A stretch of DNA of 64,000 nucleotides, from positions 61,814,001 through 61,878,000 of the forward strand of contig OZ260661.1 in NCBI GenBank assembly GCA_965285935.1, read 5' to 3'. Source of the DNA: Ophelia neglecta (taxonomy: Eukaryota). The notes under the pieces were generated by a model, which saw only the letters and a program-made list of their open reading frames with translations, had not been told where the DNA came from and made no database searches. Made by a program: the position numbers and the translations under genes. How positions within the stretch are numbered: the stretch's first letter is position 1; every line of letters starts with the position of its first letter. Shown one piece after another: positions 41,101 to 52,390 of the stretch.

Positions 41101-44100
41101 AAAGGTATTGCTTTTATTAAATTGAAAAAAAAAAATTTCTAATAATGCAGTTGAGGTCTATTGAGTTTCAATTTAGTTCAGTGTGTGTCAGCATTTCGTT
41201 TGCTTTGAAAATTATTTAAATCTGTACATTAATAAAATGTATGATAATCTTATCAAGTGAAAGGAAAATGCTAGACAAATACTAGAGGATACCTCTTCTT
41301 ATCGTAGAGGGGGATGACCTGGCATGAAGGGCTACCTATTCAATCTGTATTCATTATTTTAATGCAAGTCCACAATCACATTATCTATCTGTGTGGGATG
41401 TAGGTAAACAGGCTGTTTGCTTGGATTGGCTGGGCAGATTAAGTGGGCATGGAAATGTAGCCTCCACCTGAGAGAGTATCCATTAGCAACATTGAGCTGC
41501 GTGGCCGCTCATTTCCGCATGACGTCCAAATATTAAATGGCTAATCGGGCTCATGTGCAGAGATGCGAATACCAAATGGGGGCAAGTGATTGAAACTGAC
41601 TTTCAAGTAACGATATTTTGCCATGGCTAGGCAAGGCACTGGTCATCAAAGCAGCATGATGCTGTCCCATATATATGTGATGGAGCAAATACTGGTATTG
41701 CTTTTACCAATATTGGCCTAACTGTAGGCTACCTTGTAATACATATTTGTGAATGCTGACTTCTAGTGGCCAGACTAGTAACTAAATGTTTCTTCTGCCT
41801 GCTCTGTACAGTTTAAACTTCTGTATGCCAAGCACTCTTGAATGGGTCATAATGGACCTTTGGTCGTAATTAAAGCGAGTAATTGTGTAAGCCTCATTAT
41901 GATATTTGTGGATGACTTGGAACATTTACTTGGTTCATTTTGGCTGACCTTGTTATAAGTAATATATAAGTGCACACTGATTGATTTTGGTATAAACTGG
42001 TAGCTAAATTTAATAACAGCAGGACAAGGTGAAGTGAAGTGTGATGGGAAATGCTCTCTGCTGATGAGCTCGGAGAGTTGACAAGATATTGACAGTGCCT
42101 GCCTATCTTCCTTCTGATTAATGAAGCAAACTGCATGGTCAAAGAAATAAACTCATTATAGCGAAGTACCCACACAATTTACATGACAAAGGGGGATGAT
42201 TGCGTTATGGTGTTGGGGTATATCGATTTTGTGCTGGCAAGGTAGAGCAGGGACGTTCATCATGGGGCGCTGAATGGGTACGTTATCGTTTCTTTTGCTC
42301 GACTGAATCAGTCCGAGGAAGTAGGTACTTTTGACAGCTAACAAGGTGTACAAAGGAAAGCCTGAATAGACCTAAATAACCTGGAATTTCTTGGGAATTT
42401 CTATGGCTGCTGGCCCACTCTGCTCATTTTCCCCATCAAAATAAATTCCCTCTAGGTTGTTCAGAATGAAAATATCTCAAGACTTTTATTGACTCGGCCT
42501 GTCTTAAACTAGACAAGCCTGTCACAAAAATGATGGGATTTAATTTGCAACTTCGTTTATAGTTTTGTCATGTTGTTCGTCCATACAACTGACACATCAT
42601 TGCACAAATCATAAAGGTACAAAGCATTTCCTTATTTGGCCTGTGTATATTTGGATTTCTGGGGACAATTTTTATTGGAATTAATTTCATACCTCTACAG
42701 TCAAACTAAATTTGTTGATTTCATAGATGAGCAGAGTGATCATATTATATACTTCTCTTTATTAGAATGCTGGTAGTATTTGTCTTTTTATTTTCCCTGA
42801 CGGGTTGCCAGTGTCCATATGCTCGGAGCAGATGTCCTTTTCGGCCAGCACGTGTGACAGGTGACCAGGCAATCATTATGGCACTTTTGAGCTTGCCTAA
42901 CTCAATTGTAGTCCATTGGCAACCAAACACCCTTTTTCTAAATTGAATATTTATGATAAATGTCATTGTTTTTCTGCCAACGTGATCAGCAGACTGTTGA
43001 TATATAGAGTGGAATTGGATCACCTTGATGGCCTTTCTTTTGTCCAGTCATGATAAACGGGCATATCTTCAGCTACCTAGGTAGTTTCCAGGCAAAAGTG
43101 TTGCCATGCATATTTCACGGCAAGCTTTTAGGTGTTATGACTGCCTAAAGCATAGTGCCTGAATGTCAATAACTAAGGGAGATTCTATAACAAGAACCTG
43201 TTAAATTGCTTTTGGTACAGGTTCTGGGCATACATGTACATGGTAGTGAATAAAACAATCAAATATGTACTGCATTCCTTTCCTCAGTCAGCAAGAGAGG
43301 CGATAGTTTCATTTCAGATTGCATTATTAATATTTGAGATTTATAAAACTACATGCTAAATATGTTATTAAGGAATTTATAGTGATGTTATGTTGGCTTG
43401 CTGTCACACACATTTCTGTATTTAATGTTGAAGGACTGTGTAATTAATTTCATTGAAATAACCCTAGTTTCTGTTGCTTTCAGAAGATGGTGACTCTGAT
43501 GAGAAGCATTCCTGTCCACAGTGTGGGGTGGCCTTTGTGCTGAAAGTCCAACTGGAGAAGCATATGGCTCTACACTCTCCCACCTCCCAGTCCTGCAAGA
43601 TTTGTATGAAGACTTTTGCCAATGTCTATCGACTGCAGCGACACATGATCAGCCACGAGGAAAGCTCTGATCTACGTAAATTCAAGTGCATTGAGTGTGG
43701 CAAGGCCTTTAAGTTCAAACATCACCTGAAGGAGCACACTCGTATCCACTCGGGTGAAAAACCATTTGAATGTCCTAACTGTGGGAAACGCTTCAGCCAT
43801 TCAGGCTCCTACAGCAGTCATATGACCAGCAAGAAATGCTGGGTGGTCAATCTGAAGATGAGAGGCCGAGGAGATAAAACACCAGAGAAACAGGAAGGGA
43901 TACTCCGTCCTCTGGTTCCCAAGGCAGGCGAGAACGGCATTGAGATGGGAAACTCTCCTATGTATTCCATGTATCCACAGCAATTCATTCCTTTTGATCC
44001 TTCCACAGCCGCCAGTCTGCAGTCTCATCTGATCGCCCATTCATGTATGAACGGCAATCGTCCATTCCTTCCTCATGTACCATTCAATGTTGGTCAAATG

Positions 44101-47100
44101 ATCAATCCCATGATGCCTGGCCTTCCTGTTCTTCCTCATGGCTTCCCAGCCATACCAGACATAAGGGACCTGAAAGCCTTTCATCACAAACTCCAGCAGC
44201 AACAGTATCAGCTTCAGAGGGCATCCAAAGATGAAGACAATCAAGAATCCAAAGAGAATTCTACAATGGAACCGAGTGAGAAAACTCTTGATGTGAATCA
44301 AAATAAAGACATTGTTAATAAAGACAGTATATCTGACACTTCTCACGATGACCAAGTTGAAAAAACTAATGAGGTCAGGGAAGAAAAGTCAGATGCTGAA
44401 TCTCTCACCAAGGATGAGAGTGTGGAGGAGAAAATGGAGGTTGATGAAGACAAAGCCAGGGTGGAACAGGATAACCATTTAAATGCTGTGAAAAAGGTAC
44501 TGGAAATTGTTGGAGCCACTGTTTCTCAGCAGCAGAAAAACAGCGAGGACAAAGCAGCATTGAGTAAATTGACACCACCTTTAGCTGGACCAGAAGCAAA
44601 CACAAGTAGTCTGAATGCCCTGGCTGCTGCCGCTGAGAAGATGCAACAGCAGATGCAATTGGAACAAGATAGAAGACAAGAACAGAAGAGTGAGAACAGA
44701 AACAACACTAGTTCACAGCAGAAGTGCAGGTTCTGTTCAGCCACGTTCTGTAGCCCCATAGACTTGCACCAGCATGAGAGGTACCTATGCAAGTTAAATC
44801 AAGACATCCAGATAAATCAGCAAGGAGAAGTACATTCCCGAAATGGAGCTCTTACCCCCTCAAGTATTTGCACTGACAGAACTGATGAAGATAATTCAGA
44901 AGTTTCCTCGGCCATGGAAGGAGTCGAACAGCGCAAGTGCCGGGGCCGCTCCATGATCAATGAGGAGCAGCAGCAGCTGTTGAAGTCTTTCTACTGTACT
45001 AATCCACGTCCCACCAAAATTGATCTGGAGAGGCTTGCAGCCCAGATTGGCTTTCCTAAACGTGTAGTCCAGGTGTGGTTTCAGAATATGCGTGCCCGAG
45101 ATCGTAGGAAGGGCCGGCAGATCCCTGATGGTCCCCATCCTGATGTTCCATCCACTTCCACCACTTCTGCCTATATACCTGTAGTGCCCCAATACTCGGT
45201 CGCGGGCAACATATTCTATGCCTCGCCCAAGACCAACTGTCATCCTGCCAGTACTGTCTCCAATGGTCCGAACCCTTCACAAAATGCCTCCCCTATGCAA
45301 TCGGAGCAGCCACTAGACCTATCAAAAAAGAAAGAGGAACCACAGCAAGCTCATTTGAACCAGTCATTCCGCAGAAGTCTCTCTCCGCAGGCTGAAAATG
45401 GTGAGGTTCTCAATCTCAGCCTGAAAGACAAACCTGACAGTGCCTCCAATATCAAGGTGGAGGAGTCTGCCATATTTAAGTACATGAAGCAGGAGGGAAT
45501 GTTTGGCGCAGAGAAGACAAGTCCTGTTGGCCACGGCCGCCCCAGTCCAGTACCTACAGCAGGAACCTCTCCACCAGCGATCAACACCACTCCAGCCCAC
45601 AGCAAGATCTACACCTCCATGTATGAGCGCGCCTGCCGTGAGCACTCTTCTACCCCTCCCCACATCGCCCTGCCTCCACAGTCTCCTAGCCTGGTCTCCT
45701 CCGCATTCTCCCCACCGCCTAGCTCCCTGGACACCAGCTTCCACTCCACACACTCCCTGGACAGCCTCGATCTACAACTCAATGGCAAAGCAAAGCGCGC
45801 CAGGAAAAAGTCCTGGCGGCAGGTAGGTCTGGATGTAAGTAATCTGTCAGCATGGGCTGCTGCTTTCTATATTTACCATCCTTTATAGTCAAACTCATTG
45901 AAGTGTTCAGGGAGGGGTCCCTTTTTCTGATATTGAATACAAACATAGTGGAATAATGAATTTTATTTAATATTTTCTCAGATCCTAAAAGTGGTTACCA
46001 GTCTATGAAAATTTCATAGGTGCTTAACATATATATTGATATTTTCATCACTTTTAATTTGAGGGAAATAAAAAAGATTATAATAATAATTAACCAGCCA
46101 CTACTAGTTTTATAAGCTAGTACAGTCATATGAAATACTATTCAATGAGTTTGGTGTCATATACCCTGCACAGCAGTGTATTCAGTTACCAAGTTAGACC
46201 AGTTTTGTCACTACCACTAATATGTTACTCTTTAAGTACTAAACATGCAAAACGTGTTTGTGGTTCATTTAGTTTCATAACAATACTTTCATTATGAGGC
46301 TGGCACCGCAATTTATTAATATTGTTAAAAGTGTCGGTGAAATATTGTCTTGTGGTGGATAGTTGTGATATAGTGGAGATTTATCTGTTTTGTCATGTTA
46401 AAAAGCATCCACTAAAGCAGTCACATTGCACCCTCCCAGATTTGCACATAACTGTCCACATGTATATATAGTAACATTGATATTGTACCCTGTGAATGGC
46501 TGGTGTAGTGCTGTAAACGTGTCCATGATCCACAGAACCTTTTTTCCATATTAAAGTATCTTAATATTATGCCTAAAATTGCTCTCCAATGAAACTTAAG
46601 TTTCAAATAAGTAGCCCAATTACTGATAAATTGAGATAGCGGTTGGATCATTTGCATAAATCAATTTGCTAAGATTTATTTTTTGGAATTTGTAGGTGGA
46701 ATCAGAAGAACTACAGATGGACTTTGAGGATGGTATGGACGGCGAAGAAGATAGTCTATTCCGCAAAAAGCGTCGCTCTTGGAAGCATCACAAGGTGGAT
46801 TCTGGTGAGGGAATGTATGCCTGTGACCAGTGTGACAAGATGTTCAACAAACAGAGCTCGCTTGCAAGACACAAGTATGAACATTCAGGTAAGTTCAGTT
46901 TTTCTGTTCAGCTTTATCAGATTCATGGTTAAAAATCAACTGCTTATTTTATGGATGAGAAGGAATTGATTACTTCATGGTTAAGGAACATCTGATTTTT
47001 GGTCTTATTGGCAAACATTTTTAATGGAAATTCTTTATTAGTGTAATAGAACTAATGATTTACATGGCAGAAAGTGCACATTCTTATGAAGAATCCTTTT

Positions 47101-47596
47101 TATAGTGTTTTATTTTTCTTTGTTCAGTACAATGCATATCAGCCATCCTATCCATTTCATGATAATTTAATTTCGCATTTCAAGAAGCAGACGCATAGTA
47201 AAGCCAAGTAAACATTTGCCCTGCTACATTAATTATGTTAAATTGTCTCCTCATGTGTGTTTAAATATATATATTTTGCAATAATAAGTATGTATGGTGT
47301 TGATGTTTGCAGGCCAGCGTCCATTCCCCTGTGACATCTGTGGCAAGGCTTTCAAACACAAGCACCACCTGACTGAGCACAAGCGGCTCCACAGCGGAGA
47401 AAAACCTTTTATCTGCAAGAAATGTGGCAAGCGTTTCAGTCACTCTGGATCATTCAGCCAGCATATGAACCACCGCTACAAGTACTGTAAGCCTCTGAGA
47501 CTGGGCCTGGACTGCGAGATGGATGCAGACGACACTCTGGACGAGGAGGACGAGTTCCCCAGGTCGACCCCAGAGGACGCCTCAGTCCCAGAGTAA
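31932..47596 (+). CDS. ZEB: ZEB/Zfh1 zinc finger E-box-binding homeobox gene (spliced; 5' end probably outside the window)
   Basis: Five exons with GT-AG boundaries and matching phases (1,1,0,1) give about 1099 codons. The protein has the DTAVIFPEP motif, an N-terminal C2H2 cluster ([14 protein letters not shown]...[10 protein letters not shown]...[12 protein letters not shown]), a central C2HC finger (LHQHERYLC), a homeodomain, a PLDLS CtBP motif and a C-terminal 3-finger cluster ([10 protein letters not shown]...[15 protein letters not shown]). This is the diagnostic ZEB1/ZEB2/zfh1/zag-1 architecture. Confidence 0.95.
32301..32516 (+). CDS. ZEB: ZEB coding exon with conserved DTAVIFPE motif
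   Basis: Acceptor gttcttacag|AT and donor GATG|gtaaga; encodes [13 protein letters not shown], matching the DTAVIFPE motif N-terminal to the first finger cluster of vertebrate ZEB1. Confidence 0.9.
43484..45822 (+). CDS. ZEB: ZEB large central exon: N-terminal zinc fingers, Smad-binding-like segment, C2HC finger, homeodomain, CtBP motifs
   Basis: Lies within the 804-aa ORF 43474-45888; acceptor ttgctttcag|AA and donor CAG|gtaggt. Fingers 43513-43839, central finger 44725-44790, homeodomain about 44932-45111, PLDLS 45310-45324. Confidence 0.96.
46696..46888 (+). CDS. ZEB: ZEB exon, first finger of the C-terminal cluster
   Basis: Acceptor tttgtag|GTG and donor TCAG|gtaagt; encodes [27 protein letters not shown]. 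Confidence 0.95.
47313..47596 (+). CDS. ZEB: ZEB last coding exon, two C-terminal fingers and acidic tail
   Basis: Acceptor tgtttgcag|GC; encodes [58 protein letters not shown]; TAA at 47594-47596. Confidence 0.96.
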
Positions 47597-50500
47597 TATA
47601 CTCGGCCGCTACGGGGCCTAGGCTTGTATTGTGGTTCAACAGTGCTGTCTGTAGCTGCAGAGTGCTGTCAGTTTCCTTGGCTCTACTTAGCAGTGGTGTT
47701 TCAATCACTTAATTCTTGACATAATCTTTAAAATTGTGCATACTTAAAACTGTAAATATGCAAAGGTAAATTGTAATTTTTTTAACCTTTCATATGCAAT
47801 CTTACCTTATGACCAACTTATTCCATGTCCATTTCTCTAGAGAAATTTCATATTTACTCTACTGTAAATATTCTAGAAAGATGACTTATATATATTGTTG
47901 TGTTCAGCTTTGACATACTGACTTTGTTGTGTTAAGCTTTGATATACTGACTATGTGTGGAGCTACTATGTAGTATAATGTATATTACTGTGTTTGGTTC
48001 ATCATCCAACAATAGGGCAGCAGTGTGTTCAAAAATTTGTGTTGTACTAAAAATTTACTTTAACCTGTGGCGATTCTTCCACTTTGGAGGGGCCAATTTC
48101 ATATCCTGAAAAGATGTGATGTATGTGTATAGAATTCCTATGAAATTCCATTGTCCTTCTCTTCATTCTTTGAATTTGCTCTGTGATGACATGAGAATTC
48201 TTCTCCAAAAAGCACATTTACAGTCTCACTGTACATGTATTATTAACTTGAAGCATGCATGCATGATGAATTACCCCTCTGTAATTGAAGGCACACAGCT
48301 GAATTTGTATGATATTTGCATGGGTGTTTTTCTTTCTCTAAGGTATTCCTGTATGTTCCGGTGTAACCATTATCACCAGCTATTCCACTTTGAAGAACAA
48401 CACATTCCATGTTCATTGTGTGTTTTGTTCCTCCACCCAGAAGTATATATATATTTTTTTAAGGCTCACCGGTAGTCATATACAGATCTGTAGAGAAGAT
48501 ATTTTGACATGACATTAAGCATTGTGTCATGTACTTTTATTAGAATTATTCTTTTTGCTCTTCATGTACTAAAACACACTTTTTATTTCTCGCTACACCG
48601 TTAACATTCATTTATCATCAGTTCTTTATTTCATTTGGTGCTCTATTAAGGTTTCATCGTGATTCTATGACAACCAAGCGTAGTCTAACGATTACATTGA
48701 TGTATAGTTTATCTTCGGAAATCAACACGTGCAATATACTTATTTATTGTTTTTATTTTGTCGCCTACTGCTTCCTTAGCCAGTCGGTGTATTTCCGATT
48801 TCTCCCCTTTGTCTGGTAGTGTGCTTCTAGTTTACTCTAACTGGATAAAAGCTGGAAGTGAAAATGACATGATGTGCTACTATAAGGTCACAGGTTTCAT
48901 CATGTGTCATGTAGACTTTGTTCATGAAATATACTGATATTGCGGCAATATGTACTTACCGCTTTGTAAAATTGCAAGTGTTAGTAGGAACAAGCTGATT
49001 AGAAAACTTCCATTTTCTTAAAATAACTTTTCTGCACTTGTTGCATTAATCGCAAATCACTCTTTGTAATTAGTTAGGTATTTTAAACTTGTTAGTGGTA
49101 CACTGTTAACTTGTGTATTAAAGAATTGACAGACTCAGTTCAGGCATTGATTTCAGGACCTGGTGCTAGCCAAATATTTGCATGTGTTAGTTCAACACTC
49201 TGGTGCTTTATTTGTAATAGTCAAGTGAAACTGTTCAAAATGAAACTTACATCTCTGTCTAAATTTCATTCTAGTCCCAAAGGCAGGAAAAAATTCATTA
49301 AGTATATACTCGGAGCCAAATATCATTTGACCATTTCTCTAAAATGGCAAGATCTGGATGGATGAGTCTATCTAGTCACATTGCGACCCGTCTGTTTTGT
49401 TATTTGCCAAAATATTCAGGAGTTTCACCTTTTGTTTTTGCTTGGTGGAAGTTATCAGTCATGAATACAGGTAGCTACTTCTCCATTTATTTCTACATCT
49501 CATAATATTATACACTTGCATTATGTGTCTCAATTTCAAGATCACACTTGGGCTCAATGATAACAGCTAAACAGAGCTTAAATAAATATCTGACTGTGGA
49601 GAAAATCTCAAATTTTGTAAAATGTATTGGTTGTATATCCAGTATGTCTTTGTGCTTATGTGCATTTTAGAATCTCAATGAAGCAAGCATAATGTTTATG
49701 ATTTTGTTAGGCATTATATTGTACCAACCAGCATCACTAGCCATTTTTGATTGACTTGTGTACACATGTTTAAAATTAATCAGATGTAATCTAGCCAAAA
49801 ATTACATGTTTCAATTTATTGCCATGAGCATATGTTGCCAATGTCAATATGGCTCATACTTATTTTTACTTCCTGTTGCTTCCACAGATTTGGTGTACTT
49901 ACATGTACCTCAAAGTATTATTTTAGTGTGCATATTCTCTGAAGGGGAAAGTACCAGAAATGCTCATTTGTCTTCCTTTATTATTGACTGTTTTATCTGC
50001 TAGTTGTTAATTAGTCTGAACAGATAATTTCTGTGGCATTTATTTTCTATATTACACAAGTTGTTGGTGTGTAGATTATATGCTGTCTTCCAGATTTTAT
50101 TCCATAACTCATGACAATTCAGACTTGCCCAACAATTTAGCTAACTGTGCTTCCATAATGTTTCATGCTGTTTACTTGATATTATTAATATTCATTTGAG
50201 CACATTTTCATTATCCCTGGTTCTAAAAAAAAGTATTAAAACGCTACTTAATTTAAAGTCTCAAATCCAATTCTTCCAGAACGGCGGCATATACATGTAT
50301 GAAAATAATATGGAGTGCAGTATCAGTATTCAGGTATGCGTTCTTAAAAGAGCTCATGACCTGTCTGAAGCGTTCAAAAGTTGCCAAAGACTTAAAAGTC
50401 ACCAAAACAACAAAATTCAGAGCTTCCCAGATTGTAAAATGGTAGATTAGTGTATTATCTAGTAGTTGATTGTGTAGTTTAATATCAGTGTTCACTTAGA

Positions 50501-52390
50501 TGTACCTGCGTTCAAAAAAAAAAGTATTACTTGGGAAAGTCGCACATTCATTGTGTTTGAATTCCCGGCATCGACCCATTGGAGTATTAGCGTATTATTA
50601 TGTAGTCAACATTACTGCATATTGCCAAAGATGTAAGCAACTTGTAAGTATTCCATATTTCCTATATGCCAAAGGGGTACCTGCTCCTTGACTTACAGTG
50701 CCATCAACACCTCTCCCCAAAACAGACTTAGAATATGGTGCTTGTCAAAAACACATGACTTCCAAAAAAAAGCCTGGATAGGTAAAGCCTACTCTATGTA
50801 GAGAACTAAAAACATCTTCATATTATTTTAGTCATATGTACACATGATTATCCCATAATGATATTATTTACAATATTCAGATATCATATTTGATAAAACA
50901 CAACATCCCTTATACATAATACTTATTATTTTTTTCACCAGTTTTTAGATGGCACCTTACAAATTTGCATGTATGATGTAGTTGCACAAGGGACCTTGGC
51001 TTGCCAAATGTAAATTGAAATGTAACTTTGTGTAATGAGTGTTGTTAACTGACTTGAGTCTGTAGGTAGAATAAATGTTGTGTGTAATGAGTCACCTCAA
51101 AAGAATATAAAAGAGAATTATAGTTACAATTCTATTTTAATCTGCTAGCTTTAAAAATATATGTGTATTAACATGTGTATATATCTTACATTTAACTGTG
51201 TATAAAGTTTGATATAAACTGTTGCAATTGTATGTTACTTGATAATCAGACAATGATCACAAAAAGTATGCAGACTGATAATGTAATATAAAAATAGTAG
51301 CCTAGATTATGAATGTGTAGTGCAAAATATACAGTCATAGAGGAGAAATGAGAATGTCAGTATGAGCATTATTTCTTTATTAAAAGCTGAATGTTGACAT
51401 GCAACTTAATGATTGATTACCTTATCTTAGCAACAATATACTGCTGCTGCAAAAGGTTCACAATGTCAGATTATATAATAAAAAAAAACCCATGACATGT
51501 GTTAAATGAAGTGTCCTCGGCTTCTGTCTTCAAGGAAACACAAAAATTTGAGATGGCATGACATAGCATTAGATCAGACAAAAACCACTGTTTAGTAAAT
51601 GTAGAAGTAATTGTACAGAAGATTTTGAAGCGGACTTGTAGATAAGGGTTTTTTTATGCATTTTCAATTATTACAAATATTTCTAAGTCATAAATGTTGT
51701 TGTATGTTTGTTTGAATGAGAATACTTACAATTATCATGTGATGTATTCAAGATGACTTGATTTTATTTGTGCAATATCCTGACCTGCTTCAGTGCAAGA
51801 AATGTTAGACGTTCACATGATTCTGAATTCAAGTGCAAGTGAAGAATATGCAGGTTAAGCAATTCTTGCTACAGTTCAATTTGATGTGTCTTTACATTGA
51901 TGAAGATTGCATGTATCGCCTGTTTTTTGTTTGTGAAATGTCTGATTTTTTTTTTTTTTTGGCTTACATTTCCATGTCTGAAAAAAACAGTATGATGTTC
52001 TTATGACCACTGTTCACAATTATACTATGATATTCAAATGTATGGAACTGAACAAATAAGTCAGAAATATAATATTAAGAATTCTGCAGCTGCTATTTAG
52101 TTATTATGAAGTGGTCTTTTGACAACAATGAACACAACTTATTCTCTACCATGTTGCTCGATAATTATACATACATATGTACTATTTTCATCACTGTTTT
52201 ATGTTAATTCTACATTTCCACAAATATTAAAATTAGCTAGAAACTTAGAAGCCATGAAATTAATAAATTCATAATTGTAGCAATAACATGTTAAACAGAT
52301 TATTAACATGTGGAAATATATGCAGATTTCAATGTACCTGTTTATTAAAGATTGTAGTTTAAAATAAATTCAATTTTCAAATATGAATAG
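47597..52390 (+). other. ZEB: Putative long ZEB 3' UTR
   Basis: AU-rich, no credible ORF, many miRNA seed matches and Pumilio elements. AATAAA occurs at 49581, 51070, 52262 and 52363, the last followed by a U/GU-rich tract at about 52392. The true 3' end is inferred. Confidence 0.55.
47895..47952. repeat. Imperfect tandem duplication of about 29 bp
   Basis: ttgttgtgttcagctttgacatactgact followed by ttgttgtgttaagctttgatatactgact. Confidence 0.85.

Noticed and set aside
43801-45826. Many alternative-frame and antisense ORFs
   Set aside because: Shadows of the large ZEB exon.
45823-45888. Read-through tail of the 804-aa ORF ([11 protein letters not shown]...)
   Set aside because: Lies past strong splice donors; the conserved C-terminal fingers are in downstream exons.
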